A DNA stretch of 63,023 bases, filler included, from Circinaria calcarea (lineage: Eukaryota), in the NCBI GenBank assembly GCA_051942165.1. It is 28 parts of 28 records of this genome, joined end to end, with 100 filler letters (N's around TTAATTAATTAA, not from the genome) between each part and the next. Parts side by side here need not be neighbours in the genome. Positions count along the whole stretch, not along the records: positions 38,402 to 40,553 come from JAVECS010003827.1; positions 40,654 to 42,804 come from JAVECS010003828.1; positions 42,905 to 45,054 come from JAVECS010003829.1; positions 45,155 to 47,303 come from JAVECS010003830.1; positions 47,404 to 49,551 come from JAVECS010003831.1; positions 49,652 to 51,798 come from JAVECS010003832.1; 22 more parts are not named here. One strand, 5' to 3'. The notes beneath the pieces are model-generated. The model was not told where the DNA came from and made no database searches. It saw nothing but the letters and a program-made list of their open reading frames with translations. Both the position numbers and the translations under genes were made by a program. Every line of letters begins with the position of its first letter. The first letter of the stretch is position 1. Below are positions 38,402 through 51,659 of this stretch, piece by piece.

Positions 38402-40553
38402 CATGAATTTTTCCTGATATGGGCCAGGACCAGTGGTGGAATCATTGCTGGGATCAACTCTACGAACACAATTGCTGCTTTCTGCGAGACACATTACTAC
38501 TTTCAGCCAGTCAATGCGACAGTAGCAAGTTTGAATTCGTCAGTCATAGCTACGACACCAACAGGTCCAAGAGAGGTTTTAACTGTTGACCATTTCAATT
38601 CCACTCATTTCGAGTCCCTGATCAATGTTGGGTACAATGGTACAGACGGAGTACGTGAGTATCCAGATCGAAAAGTACTTAGCATTTTTGCACGTGTGCA
38701 GCACATGGAGCTTTCCTGGCCATACAACAATCTGGTTGCCTATGCTTTAGGTACTTCTGCCAGGTCTTTTGAAGAGTATTCGGATCCGCATCTACTATTC
38801 CAAGCGTTCGAGAGAGCGCATAAACTGCTGTTTGCTCTAGCTATAAACCATCTGGCAGCCAGTCCTCAATCAGTCTCTAACGAAAGGACAGCAATCATTA
38901 GTACACAAGTCCAATCAATATTTGTGGTGCGATTGTTTGCAATTTTGGTGGAAGGCTTTCTTGCCATTGTTATCATGAGTTGTCTTGTGCTCCTAGTACT
39001 ATACTGGAGACGTACTTGCAACTTGGCTGGAGATCCAGCATCGATCGAAGATGTCATGAGGCTTTTGCCGTTGGAAGAGAACACCTTGAAGGATTTTATT
39101 GACCTTGACGCTGTGGATGCTTCAGCGCTAAGAACTGCGATAAAAGGAAAGTGGTTCACGCTTCGACAAACAACCCAACCCGGCGAGGATCTTTCATCTT
39201 CTCTGAGGATCTCTCTTTGCAAAGCAGATATTCCACTGCCATGTGATGGTTGGACAGCAAATCAGAGATACCGCAACCAATCGAATCGACCTAGGATGAA
39301 AGCAATTCTCCCTATCGAAATGTCATGGTATTATGGTATGCCGTTTCTGACAGTTCTATCGTCATCTGTTGTACTTTTAGCTTTGCTTTACAGGATGATC
39401 CAGAATTCCAACGGTAAGTCCTAGGCATTGATATATACTTATAGGGAGAACTCGCGTGCTAATTACACTTTTAGGCCTTCCTATACCGTCAGAAAACGTT
39501 ATCGTCCGGCAGATTCTATTAAGTTACATCCCTACCGCATTTGCGACTTTCCTTGAGCCGTTTTGGGTCCTTCTCAACCGACTTCTGTGCATTCTCCAGC
39601 CATTCGAATCCTTGAATAGCAGCAGGAAGTCATCGTTCTCTCCAGTCAAACTCAAATACACATCATTACCCCCTCAGTTTATGGTTCAACGAGCCTGGAA
39701 AGCTAGAAGCTATCTTTTGACGTTTGTGTGTATTGTGACGATCCTGGCGAACCCTCTTGCCATAGTCCTTAGCAGTCTCTTTGATATACGTAATGTATCT
39801 ATGGCCCACGACGTATCATATCGCCCTCTGTTTAGCCCGCGGTTTAACGATACTCGTTATCATCTGGCCTCTGGTGTGTTCACCCAGGAAGCTGTCCAGG
39901 ATCACTACTACGTCGAGCTAGCGAATCTTACCAAGCATACCAATTTACCTCCATGGATTTCTCCCAACTTTTTCTTCATACCAGTGCAGTCAGCCGCAAT
40001 GGCTATAGGAGCGTCGACTTACGAGCTACCCACCAAAGGCTTTGGCATTGAATCACGATGTCACGAGTTAGGAGTCTCTACTTCAAATAAGGATATGTTC
40101 TATAATATTTCCAACGACGGTGTCTGGTTCAATATATCTACCAGGCATGCCCTAGAAGGAGGGGGAAATATCACTTGTGTCGCTAATCTTTCCGTCTTCG
40201 CGCCACAATCGCAAGCTATGGAATATGCTAATGGCACTGCTTTACCACCACCGTCGCCGGACTATGTCAGTATCCATGCAGTGGAGATAAACTCACCAAC
40301 GTTGAGCCCGTGGAACATGAAAACGGCTACAGCTACAGAGATTGCATATTGTAAAAGTCAGTTCTTTTTGGGTTGGGTGCATGCCCGTTTCGTTCAAGCG
40401 GACCCTAGAATCCCAGTCTTACGGATGATTGATAGCGACGCATTGCTCATGACCTGCCAACTTAGTTTAAGGATCGCAGATTTTCTTGTCAATACAACCT
40501 CCGATGGTCGAGTTCTCTCCTACATTCAGACTACCCCTTTTGCTACAGACATC
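38402..40553 (+). CDS. DUF3433-family multi-pass membrane protein, internal fragment
   Basis: AFERAHKLLFALA, DPASI, ILLSYIPTAFATFLEPFWVLLNRLLCILQPF...LKYTSLPPQ. Confidence 0.8.
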
Positions 40554-40653
40554 NNNNNNNNNNNNNNNNNNNNNNNNNNNNNNNNNNNNNNNNNNNNTTA
40601 ATTAATTAANNNNNNNNNNNNNNNNNNNNNNNNNNNNNNNNNNNNNNNNNNNN

Positions 40654-40959
40654 ATTGTTGACATCCCAGAACTTGTCCACCGTCTTGTCGAAAGCGCTGC
40701 GAGGATCGGAGTTAAACCCTTGAGCCCAAGTAATCTGGTTCAGGCACTAACATCTCGAATGCGAAAGCTCCTGCAAATACAGAGGCCAAAAAAATCTGAT
40801 TCTTCCGGAATATCGCGCTTCAAAAGATATTAGCTAGGAAAAGCGCCATTCGTAACCGTAATGAACTTGCTTGTAGATGTTGGACGCAAGCTAAAGATAA
40901 TTCAGTTCCCGGATTAGCTATCGCTCAAGCAAAGCGATGGTCAACCTTACCCCAGCCAT
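40654..40959 (-). CDS. QCR9: Cytochrome bc1 complex subunit 9 (Qcr9/UQCR10), 4 visible exons, 3'-truncated; missed by the ORF track
   Basis: Exons 40951-40959, 40871-40890, 40752-40817 and 40654-40696 splice to MAGLASNIYNAIFRKNQIFLASVFAGAFAFEIAFDKTVDKFWDVNN, the Qcr9 signature. Confidence 0.9.
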
Positions 40960-41420
40960 TGTGATGGAGGACGGCAGCTTTCGTGTAGGAGCCGACGAGC
41001 GGTGGGAGTTGAGACTTGAGAGGTGGATTAAATAAAGGTTGATCGTTTGAAGTTCGACCAAAGATCCTTGCAAGTGGTCACGTTATTTTTGGAAAACGGG
41101 GATCAGCTACACTACTGTAGCCTTGTCCGTGCCGTGTACTCAAAAGTGACGTCGAATCTACACCAAAGAAACTCTGTGATTAAGGTTCCTACGCGAATAG
41201 CAACAGTGCAGGGCTGGCACTTTGTCCTTTGTCGACTCCTGTTTGTTCCCCTGTTTAAATCCCAAACGCTTCTTCTCGTACTCAAATAATTTGTAAAGCG
41301 CTGTCAGCATTCCTACTGCCTTCCATTCCCCATAATGCTGCATGCTTGATCTGCAATCTTTCTTATGTCCTACCTATTCACCGATCGAAACCTTCTTTTA
41401 ACCTCAGCCTCGCTCTCACC

Positions 41421-42074
41421 ATGCCATCCAGCATTGACTCCGGGAACGACTCATCTACCAAGTCTGGTATTATTACCTCGTCTACCGGCGAACGTCACAT
41501 TCCCTCTTCTTATCGGCCTGACGGCTCCAAACGGAAAGAGATCAAGATCCGCCCCGGCTACAAGCCCCCCGAGGACGTCGAAGTTTACAAGAATCGCACC
41601 GCCGAGGCATGGAAGACGCGAGGTTCTGGAGGTGTACCCGGCGCAGCAGGCCTAGATGGCGAGGGCGTGAATGGAGATGGAAAAGCGAGTAACAAAAACG
41701 TAAAGCGGCGGGAAGCGCGGAGGAAGGCCAAGGCATCCGAAGGGGACGAAACGTCAGCTGGACCACGGAGCAGCTCCCCGACATCGAAAGCCAGTCGGCG
41801 AGACTCCGCCAGCGATCCCAACGGGCGAAAACCTGACCCATCCCCGTCGGAAACGAAACTTGACCCGGACGCCGAGAAGGAGAGGCAAGCGCGAAGCCTG
41901 AAGAAGAAGTTACGGCAGGCTAGAGAACTACGGGAAAAGAAGGACAAGGGGGAGAACTTGCTGCCGGAGCAGTTCGACAAGGTCATCAAGATGAATGAGC
42001 TAATACGGCAGCTCGACAGTCTGGGTTTTGATGCGGAAGGAGAACCAAAGAAGCCGAAAGAAAGTTCTGCCTAA
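41421..42074 (+). CDS. PYM1: Exon-junction-complex partner Pym/Wibg (Mago-binding domain)
   Basis: GERHIPSSYRPDGSKRKEIKIRPGYKPPEDV, plus C-terminal LKKKLRQARELR...LLPEQFDKV. Confidence 0.9.
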   Translation: MPSSIDSGNDSSTKSGIITSSTGERHIPSSYRPDGSKRKEIKIRPGYKPPEDVEVYKNRTAEAWKTRGSGGVPGAAGLDGEGVNGDGKASNKNVKRREARRKAKASEGDETSAGPRSSSPTSKASRRDSASDPNGRKPDPSPSETKLDPDAEKERQARSLKKKLRQARELREKKDKGENLLPEQFDKVIKMNELIRQLDSLGFDAEGEPKKPKESSA

Positions 42075-44391
42075 TTGAGTGGAGCTATGGCGTTCGGAGA
42101 TATCCTTAGGATTCTTATTGGTATTTCTTAGCGGTTTACGGCTTTATGAAAGCGAGAGTCGCTCGGGCGAATTCTTTATGGCGTTCGAAATATTTAGATG
42201 GCGAATCCGCAACTGTGAGCCACTCAGCTTCGAATACTTGTGGACGTCTTTTGGATCATCAAGTTTCTTCCGCAGTCCTAGCTCCTGAACGGCGAATGCC
42301 TCCGCTTCGCATTTCTGTCACACGCTACTGATAATGCTATGCATCTCCCTACATACGGTTCAATATCCTCTTTACACCAGGAAAAGCACCCATCCTCACA
42401 TTAATCACATTACGGAAACATCACATTTGTTTCATTCGATTGCTTGCCAAACCTGAGATATGCTCTCCGGACTATAAAAAGAAGGCAGTGTCCCATCGGA
42501 ACGCACAGAAACCAATGGTGCTCAGAGAGTTATGCATTCGCTGGATACTTTGAGAATATATCCGGTGCGAAGGTTGATATACGTCAACGGCTCTTGTTTT
42601 AATACCCTATCTGCTGAGCAACAAGTGTCCCATGTCCAACTCGAGCACTATAACGGCCACCCAAAAGGCTCCGCTATACCATCGCAGCGTTCTTGCCCAA
42701 CTACAGAACTCTTCCCGTTCATCAACCAATCTGCAACTCCTTCGGGACCTTCCTCCACATATCCTCTTTCCTGAACGTATCTAAGCCCGTTTTACCCTTC
42801 CCGGNNNNNNNNNNNNNNNNNNNNNNNNNNNNNNNNNNNNNNNNNNNNTTAATTAATTAANNNNNNNNNNNNNNNNNNNNNNNNNNNNNNNNNNNNNNNN
42901 NNNNCAGAGATGAGTTCGTCCGTACACCTTAATGTCTAAGTACTTAGTCATTAGCGGCGTTGCTACATCTGCGAATTGTTCATTATACCCCCTTTTGCGA
43001 ATTTCGGGCGTTTCCCCTGTTCGGCTGCTTGTTCTCTGTCGGGGGGACATGGAAGAGGTGGCGCAGGCCTGGATAGATATCCTTGAAGCTGCTCTCCCGG
43101 ACCGCTTGGCCAAGTTGAGACTTTTAAGGAGTGAAGATCTCCGAAACTGGTCCGTGTACTTAATAATCCTCTTTAGATGGTGTCTTCGTCACCGCATAGA
43201 TGAAGGTGCTAAGGAACCGCAGAGATGGCATCATTGCACACTATGACATCTCAGTAGCCGTGTGGTCTATTGCTGCAAGAAATAGATATCCTGCCTTTAG
43301 CGAGACGCGATTCATTGCACATCAAGAATACTTCCGTATGTTTAGCCGGAGCCTAGAACCGTTCGATCCTACTGACGCTCTTATCGGTTGTGTACATTCA
43401 GACTATGATCTATTCCTATCTCCACTCACCATTTCTTTTTTGTTTTCCGATACTCCGTCCACCATATACGCTACATCTCGATGGTATCCTCCTACGCTGG
43501 ACTGTTACCGTAATCCTCTACCGCTCTTGTACGGGAGCTAAGATTCGCTGCTTAGCAGTGGGGATGTAAGAAGCAATGGATGGAGGGAGTGGATGGGAGC
43601 CCGGAAAGTGCAATAGAGAGTTTCAGGCAGAGCGTGACTACTCTAAATTCATCTTCTAAGCCGCCTCGTCCATATTACCCAACTAATACTTCCAACCCGT
43701 CCAAGCTCCCCTTCGACACCCCCGACCTCCTCCTCCCACCTCTCCATTCCCTTTCCGCAATTAATCTCATACCTGACATGGAGTGCCTAGCGCTATCTCC
43801 ACTCTTCCACCAGTCGCCCGCGTAAATCGTGGTGATGAGCTCGGGACGGTATACCGTGGTATTAGGTTGCGCATTTGGGAGAGAATGTGGGTTGTGGTGT
43901 GGTGGAAGGGTCTTAGGGTATAGGATTAGGATGAGATGAAGGGAGGTGAGATGCGATGGGAAAGTGTAGAACAAGATTTCCTCGGGATGAAGAGATAGGA
44001 TGATGAGCAAGATTTGGTAGGGGGATTTGGAGGAGGTTGGAGATCTCCAAGTGAAGACGAAAGGAGATAGATATTGGTTTGACGTGATTGAGCTCAGGAT
44101 TGGAGTGTTGAGGATAATTCTGAACATTAGAACCTCGGTTGGCATTTAGCTTGACATTGCATTCAAGGACAGAATCACGCATCCATGTGCGAAGTGTACA
44201 TAACGCCTCAACTCAACTCGAATTTCCGCCCTGGAGATGACTAGTCCTATCTTCAAGCAGCGCAGATGCTGCTCTCAGGATCTAGAGACATATTTTCTTC
44301 TTCCGGCCTACAAAGTATCCCCGAGCTAAGTCTCCACACATAGATGCCTTCCCACCGTGCCTTCAAACCAACAGCATGGAGTGAGAACGGT

Positions 44392-44802
44392 TTAGGTGGT
44401 TGGGTTAGGGTTCATCTGTAGCAGTGGATTTGTTAGTCACCGCAGGAGATAACAATAATGGCGATGAAGTTCGGGAAGTCGAGCGCTGAAGGTATCTCAT
44501 ACCTTTCTCTTGCCACCAGTCATGGTGACATTGACGAACCGCCTCGTGTATGTTATTCTCTTCTTGGCGCGACCTTTGGGGGTCTTTTTCTTCTCTTGCG
44601 GCTCAACCTATTCCATCATAATCCGAATTAGCCACAGAATCCCAGGTAAATCGAGACGACCGCCCGAGACCATCAACGTGCAAACTCGAAGAATGCGATT
44701 GTGTAGGTGATCGCATCGGCGATGCAACAGGTGTTGACGTACCTTGGGCGTCTGCGACTTGACCTTTCCGGCCCGAGCCAGGGATCCATGAACCTTTCCC
44801 AT
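44392..44802 (-). CDS. RPS30: 40S ribosomal protein eS30, 3 exons, complete
   Basis: [62 protein letters not shown]. Confidence 0.97.
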
Positions 44803-45154
44803 GATTACGGTTTGCTGCTGCTGCTAACGTGGGCTGATTTTTTTCGGTTTAATGTGGTGAGGTTGACTAAAGTGGCGAGTCTGTGGTCAGTCACAAAAGT
44901 CAACCCGATTACCAGTATTTTCGAAGCTTTTGCGAGCAAGTCGATAAAGTCTGGGAGAATTCAGCTTGAGAGAAACTCACACGATAGGAGCGAGGAATGA
45001 AGCTTTGAAGATGCGGCCTGTCGATGGTGGAATGATATCGAGCTTGCGGTTCGCNNNNNNNNNNNNNNNNNNNNNNNNNNNNNNNNNNNNNNNNNNNNTT
45101 AATTAATTAANNNNNNNNNNNNNNNNNNNNNNNNNNNNNNNNNNNNNNNNNNNN

Positions 45155-46893
45155 AGACGAAGAAGCGAAAGCTGGATGATGAAGAAACCGATACTACTGC
45201 CGTGGCTTCTTCGAATACTACAGGGAAGAGACGAGCTTCAACCAAGCATGAGAGAATAGACGGAAAGAATGCATCATCACAGAATGATTCGGAGCGTGGA
45301 AAAAATGCATTCGGCACCCAGACTTCCATGCATAGCGTTGATGACATTACGACACTAGAATTGTCCATGGATAAAGGGATGGGTAGCAGTAAATCTCTGG
45401 CTTCAACCACGAGTCAGATTTCACAAAACGACCGGAATAACCAGGAGCAGAGGCCACATCAAGTTGTTCCTTTCAATAATGTACATGCCGTCTTAGACAC
45501 CAACAACGAACCATTGCCTACACCCACATTACCATCCATCGACCGAGAGCCAAAAGCCCACCTTTCAACGTCTGCCCTTGGTCATTTGCTCGCGCCAGAG
45601 ATGAAGCGTGCGGCCGGCTTATACAATGCCTATGAATATTCTGAAGGGAGCACTGTTGCAATTACGCAGTCAGATCCTCCACATACGGCAAGTAACTCAT
45701 CGATCCATGCAACACACAATTCTGATCGGATGACTACCCCGACCGCATCTTCGAAATCTGTAGATGATACCCAAGTACAATTCAATACGACTGAAGCTAG
45801 ATCCAAGGTGCACATGCCGGAACTGGACCATGACGCTGGAAAGCATCTGTCAATCGGAAATGGTTTAGTTGGTAACGAATTCGCTAGCTCTCGGCTAGAC
45901 AAAGTTGAGGTCGACGGGGAGGTAAATGGATCTGTGACACAGCCGCGTACACAGAAGAGCACCATGGAGACCATCGATGAGCTTTCGTTGCCTGTACCGA
46001 CAATTATTGATCTTCCACAAGCTGAGAAGCCAATGGCGAAGTCGCAACAAAAGGCAGATAGCAATGAATTTGGATCCGATGAAGCAGACTTTGGCTATCC
46101 AAAGGAACAATACCAACCACGACCAAGTCGGTCTAGATCCAACCGTGCTGTGGATAATCTTGTGCAAGCGATAGACTACTCCAAGAGGCCCGAGGCAGTG
46201 CTTAAAATCAGGAAGAAGAATAAGCGAAGTAAGACTACTGGAGATATTGGGGACATCAAGCCGTCCCTAGTTGATGATGGACCACCGACAGTTGCAGCTT
46301 CAAAGAATACAAACCAATCCAACCTTTCTGAAGCATACGAAGCGGTAGAGAAGGCTCGAAATCTTGTTGTAGAAGTTATTGAACCAAAGAAGAAAAGGGG
46401 CCGACCCAAGAAGCAGGCCGTGGCTGAACGTGAAGACGACGCACAGGAAGCTCGAGATGAGCCTGCTCCGCCTGCTGGAGTGACGTTAGAAAGCAAAGAA
46501 GTCGGCCCAGCACAACCTGCAAAGAGAGGCCGTAAACGGAAGAAAACCGAGGAAGACCTTTCCGACCTTCTCGCAGAGCAGGTGACCGAAGACACCATAG
46601 CTAGCAACAAGGCCGACGAGTATTCAAAGGCTACGGACCACGCCTCGCCCGCAAACGTCCTCTCCGAAGCAAAAGACAAAGCCGAAAAAACCCAGCCGCT
46701 TCCTCGGACCTTCTCACCTGAAGCCACTCCGGCCCCTATCCAAGCACTTCCGGCACCTCTCCAGACACCACAGAAGCACGGAGAAAAAGGGCCGGACAAG
46801 CACAGTCCGCTGAATAGCGGCAAAGTGGCCTATCGAGTTGGTCTCAGCAAGAAACAAAGAATCGAGCCGCTGCTACGGGGTGTGAGGAAATAG
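45155..46893 (+). CDS. AT-hook-containing, largely disordered protein, 5'-truncated
   Basis: KKRGRPKK AT-hook, YPKEQYQPRPSRSRS, and conserved C-terminus HSPLNSGKVAYRVGLSKKQRIEPLL. Confidence 0.75.
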
Positions 46894-47403
46894 GGTGGGG
46901 GGTGCGTGTTGGTTGTTATATGGGGTTATGGGGGGAAGTGGTTTGCAATATTTCTTGGGAGTTTTCCCCACTCGAAAGCTTACTTGTAGGCTATATTGAT
47001 GCTAGATCATAAATTCCTATGGGAAGGAGCAATGGGATGGGCTTTTAGATGGCGCTTACCGGGGTTTGCAATCTGGTGGAAGGAACGAAAGGCATTATAC
47101 CCCATGTTTCCATTGCTTGTTTTGTTACCTATTTAGCTGTCTTTGGCTATTTGTTTGTGGAGGCGAGGGTCGATAGATACGCTTTTTTCTAGTGTCTAGT
47201 GGTAGCTTGAGATCTCAGTGCCCATGTATCCTCGTTTCCCTTGAACTCCCCTCCCGAAAAGGTCTTTGTCCACTTTTGCTTCTTGACGCCCGTCTGCAAA
47301 CCCNNNNNNNNNNNNNNNNNNNNNNNNNNNNNNNNNNNNNNNNNNNNTTAATTAATTAANNNNNNNNNNNNNNNNNNNNNNNNNNNNNNNNNNNNNNNNN
47401 NNN

Positions 47404-47777
47404 GTTCATTTCACTAACGGTACCCACTAGTGCAGAGACTCGTTGTTCCAGGGCCGAGATGGTTGTTTCCTTCCTTTCCCGATATGCTCGCTGGGCAAGT
47501 CTGATTTGGGTACGGCGGCGCTTGAAGCTGTCAGCACGATTTCCAGGTTTCGTGTACGAGAGAGCCATTATACTTCAGCGGCACTTTGGTCCGTTGGATC
47601 GACGCGAGGCCGACCACGTTTACCAGTTCTCGGCGTCTCATCTTCGGATGAGGTCTTCTTCCTCGTCGCCTTCCGAACCTTTGGGGCTTGCGGAGAGTCA
47701 AGGGCAGGGACTGTATCCTCTGCAGAAGATCTCGCAAGGAGACCGCCGTAAAGCTGGTTGTAGTCTTGATCTTTCAT
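47404..47777 (-). CDS. bZIP transcription factor (Yap/AP-1-like basic region), N-terminal part, 2 exons
   Basis: KRGRPRVDPTDQSAAE|RRRTQIRLAQRAYRERKETTISALEQRV. Confidence 0.88.
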
Positions 47778-48803
47778 TCTGAACGCGGGGGGACGAAGAA
47801 GGTATAGAATACAAGATACAATTGGGAATCCCAGAAGTCTGCTCGGTAAAGGCCTTGCGAAATATCAAAGAGCTCCAGAAGGGAACTGATCTTCAGCCCA
47901 CTTGTATAGATAGTCTTGATGCATCACTGGCTAACATAAGCAGCCCTGATTAGTGGAGGTTCCTCCGTACTGGTCTACAAGCATATCAGTCGTTAGTACG
48001 ATCTGCTAATACCGGGGATCTTATTGGTCGCTATGCTTGAAATATACCCTGTCTTGCCAAGCTCACTAACGACTGATATGCTTGTAGACCAGTACTCCGT
48101 AGTACGGAGTAAGCACAGACGCAAGGTAATCACTGCCTTAGTCAGAGCCCTGCATCTGACATAGGGCTTAGCTTCCGGACGACGCAGGGTCCAGTGCTGG
48201 GGCTTACGTAAGCTTAGTAGTATTTTAGCAAACTCTCTTGCTCCTACCTAGTTATATGAATATAGTAAAATCAATGAACTTTGAGCCACGAATTCTTGCA
48301 TGACACTAGTTGGACCATTCACTAATCACTCCGAGGTTAGTGTACTCTTCGCTCACGTAACCTGTAGAGCTGACGGAACCGCCCAGGAGAAAATGAAGCA
48401 AGAAATTCTGTCGGTGATGTCATTTGGCATTGGCACATGCTATGTGGGGATAGAATTTTTTTCTCTTTAATATCACACACACAATTTCCCAGCTGGAAGT
48501 TGGAAGTTGGGGGGAAACCGACCACCCCTTTTCCCAAGCTTCTGTTGCTGCTGACAGTCTATATATGCTCGTTGAGAAAATAAATTCAGATACCAAGGAG
48601 AGAAAAATCTTTCCATTTCTACATGTTGCTCAAGGCGATTGGCTGGGGTTGGGGTTCTACCGGTTCGGAATTTCTACTCTGATGCCCCCGTTTCGGAAAA
48701 ACACCCCACCGAACCCTTATTCCCCAGATAAAAAGACACCACGCTATGCCGGGAGGCACAAACGTCGGAACTCGTTAGCGCAATTCCCAAGTGGGAGTCT
48801 ATA

Positions 48804-49551
48804 TCACATCTTGTGCCCCTGACCCCCCTCCAAGCTCCCATCCCCGATAACTTCGCCCTCCACAACGGCATCCAGCGGAGCCGCATCCGCCTTCGTCTTT
48901 TCATTGACCGCTTCCCCGGGACGGTCTTCGGCGTAGGGGCTCAGAGCAATCCAGCCTCTGATGGAACCATCGGCTGCCAAGATTCTCTTATCTTGCGCCA
49001 TCGGAAACTCCTTGTGACGCGCATGGCGAGCGTGACCGTTACCGAAGCCGTGACCGTTGAGTGTAATCTTGGTGTGATGATCAGGAACCTCTTCCATATC
49101 CGTAGACGAAGTAGGTGCAACTTCGGTGCCATTTTGCCTCAAGACCTCGAGTATCGCTCGCACATTCAGTCGAAGAGTCCTCTCGGGCTCCTCGGCCTTT
49201 AGTGCTTTCTTGGTTAACCATGGGAACAAGACTCCGAAATCGGATTGGCTCAGATGGGCCGAAGTACTGGGATAGAACATATACGGAGGTGAGTAACTCT
49301 TCGGGCCCGAGGAGTGCTCCTGCAATGGATCTTCCGTCATTGCTTGCTTGACCGGAATCAAGTTTCCCCGCCACTTGAAGAAGGCTTCACTTAGAACGGC
49401 AAGCAAATTCGAACCACCGGGTCCATCTGGGTTATAACATGGAGCTGGTTTGTTCCAAAGCCACTTCGTAGCCGCGCTTCGGAGAGGTAGTGCCCAGAGA
49501 TCTAAAAGGCACACTGTCGAGGATGGAGTGATCTGCCGAACGATAGCCGAA
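48804..49551 (-). CDS. Platelet-activating-factor acetylhydrolase-like protein, C-terminal part
   Basis: ITPSSTVCLLDLWALPL, LLAVLSEAFFKW, SAHLSQSDFGVLFPW, RLNVRAILEVLR. Confidence 0.75.
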
Positions 49552-49651
49552 NNNNNNNNNNNNNNNNNNNNNNNNNNNNNNNNNNNNNNNNNNNNTTAAT
49601 TAATTAANNNNNNNNNNNNNNNNNNNNNNNNNNNNNNNNNNNNNNNNNNNN

Positions 49652-49838
49652 GAACTTGGTGCAGCTCCAAGGGCTGGACTTAGTTCCCCGACGGGCATAT
49701 GAAGTAGAAGCAAAGGGGAAGTGGAAGGGCGTATGGGATCTACCGTTGTCTGATGTCACGGGGGATATGTTGGAGACTATGCGAGGGGCTAGTACGGAGG
49801 AGTTTATGTCAAACAAGATTGTTGTCAAGGTTGAGTAG
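49652..49838 (+). CDS. C-terminal end of a hypothetical protein
   Basis: Open frame from the contig start (LDLVPRRAYEVEAKGKWKGVWD...KIVVKVE*) with protein-like composition. Family not recognised. Confidence 0.4.
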
Positions 49839-50689
49839 ATATTCGTGTCGTAAACAAGCATCAGAGAGTTGATAAGGGACCCTTTTGTAAAGTTCTGATC
49901 GAGTGGAGGCATCGCCGTTTTGGGAATTAACCGGGAATTAACCATCTGCTCCGTCCCTTACAAGCTCCTTGCCAACAGCCCTTATCAGCTTTTCGCGTAT
50001 CACCATGATCCTCCGACTGCCCTTTCTCGTTTAACCCAATGCCCTTATGAATACCACAACCCCTGAACTGTCATGCCTAGATCTTCCAACGGGGTCATCC
50101 CCTATCCTCATTCCTACCATTTTCCTCTCGGAGTTCCATCCGATCATGGTTTTTATACACGCGATATACCTCTTCGTGGACTACCCAACCTACCATACCC
50201 TACCATACCAACATACTCTTTCACCCCGTGCTTGCCTCTAAGGAATGATAGCATACGAGCGTTTCCAGACTGTAAAAAAGAAAGGGAAAGTTTTTAATTC
50301 TTCCCAAAACTAACCTTTCAACTCGGGTTACGGTCACTTTTTCCTATCTTTTTCTCGTGCAGCCATGCTCGCTCCTATGTCACTGAAGCTTCCATACCAT
50401 ATACTTCCCCAGAGTTACCTTCCTTACTCCTTTCATATCAGAAGATCGACGTAAGGCCGTTGGGTGAGGGCGCAGACCTGCACCAATGCCAATTTGGTAC
50501 CCGGCGGCAAAGCTGTGACTTGGCGAGTAGAATTGTTAGTTACCGCAGCAGTGTGCCTATGTCCAAATATCAATACTTGATACCTCATCAGTCTACGAAC
50601 GTAATACTGAGAATTCATGGATCAAACTTTAAGTAACTTTTGCAAAATAATACTACCTCCGTATACTAATATCTTTCTTATATATTTAT

Positions 50690-51659
50690 TCACTTAATCC
50701 AGAACTTCTCTAGACGATGTTCTTCCAGATTTAACATTGCCTCACCATCCATCACACCATGGACATAGCATTCACTATGGAATTTCCAAGTCCCATCACG
50801 ACATAATTCAGGCTGCAGAAGGAAAGGAACCTCGCCACCAGAGAAAATACAAACGACGTCGCCAACTTGAAATCCCCTGTGACCGATGCCCAAGTAGCCT
50901 TGCTCGGTAAGAAACATATGCATGTTGTTGATCATTGTACTTATAGACTCTAGAACCCCAGTCCAGGCCGTAGCCGGAAAACTATAACCCAACTCGTCAT
51001 CATCCAAATTCCAGTTGCCGAAAGTAGCGAGATACTTGGCCCTGTACGTTTCGTCAATTCTCGGCGATAATGCAGTACGGTCTGCAGTCATAGTGCGGAA
51101 AAAGGCTTTCCAGGCAGTTTCACCGGTGAAGGGGTACGTTTTTAGTGACATTATATTAGCCGCTATTTCCCGAAGTTGTGTCTCCATCAAAGAAAATGAG
51201 TTTGAGCTTTTCGTGGTCAGGAGAGACTTGACTCGGATGAGGGATGTCACGGTATCGAGACGCATGCCTTCCAAACAGATTATGTCGGAACGGCCGTCGA
51301 TAGTTAGTCGGGGCTTACTCGCACTAGCGGCACGGAACAGTTTCGTAGGTGCAAAGCGATAATATCTGTTCAGAACACCCCCTACGCTATTATGCTGAGT
51401 CCAATCAGGTACCCATGAAGGGAGGCGAAGTGTAGACACCGTTCTATGTTGAGCCTCGACTGCCGACAAGACACGCAGGTCAGGGCGAATTTTCAGCTGA
51501 TATTTGGCATAGTCCGTGTAAACCCTCTCAACAGGCTTATCGTAGTCGACTGTGATACCTGAAGCAAGTATATTACTTGCAATTCCTCGGAGGGAAAAAA
51601 CTTTGTCATGGAGATTGCTGGCGCTCCTATCGCGTGTGTCCATCAACAAAACACGTAAG
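50690..51659 (-). pseudogene. HET-6-like heterokaryon-incompatibility protein, C-terminal half, cut off upstream by an LTR-like insertion
   Basis: LHDKVFSLRGIA, VDYDKPVERVY, LPSWVPDW, FLTEQGYLGIG...GDVVCIFSGGEVPFLL...ECYVHGVMDGEA. Repeat-homologous sequence begins at 51660. Confidence 0.78.

Noticed and set aside
42905..44182. Several short ORFs downstream of RPS30
   Set aside because: No recognisable domain or consistent splice model could be built.
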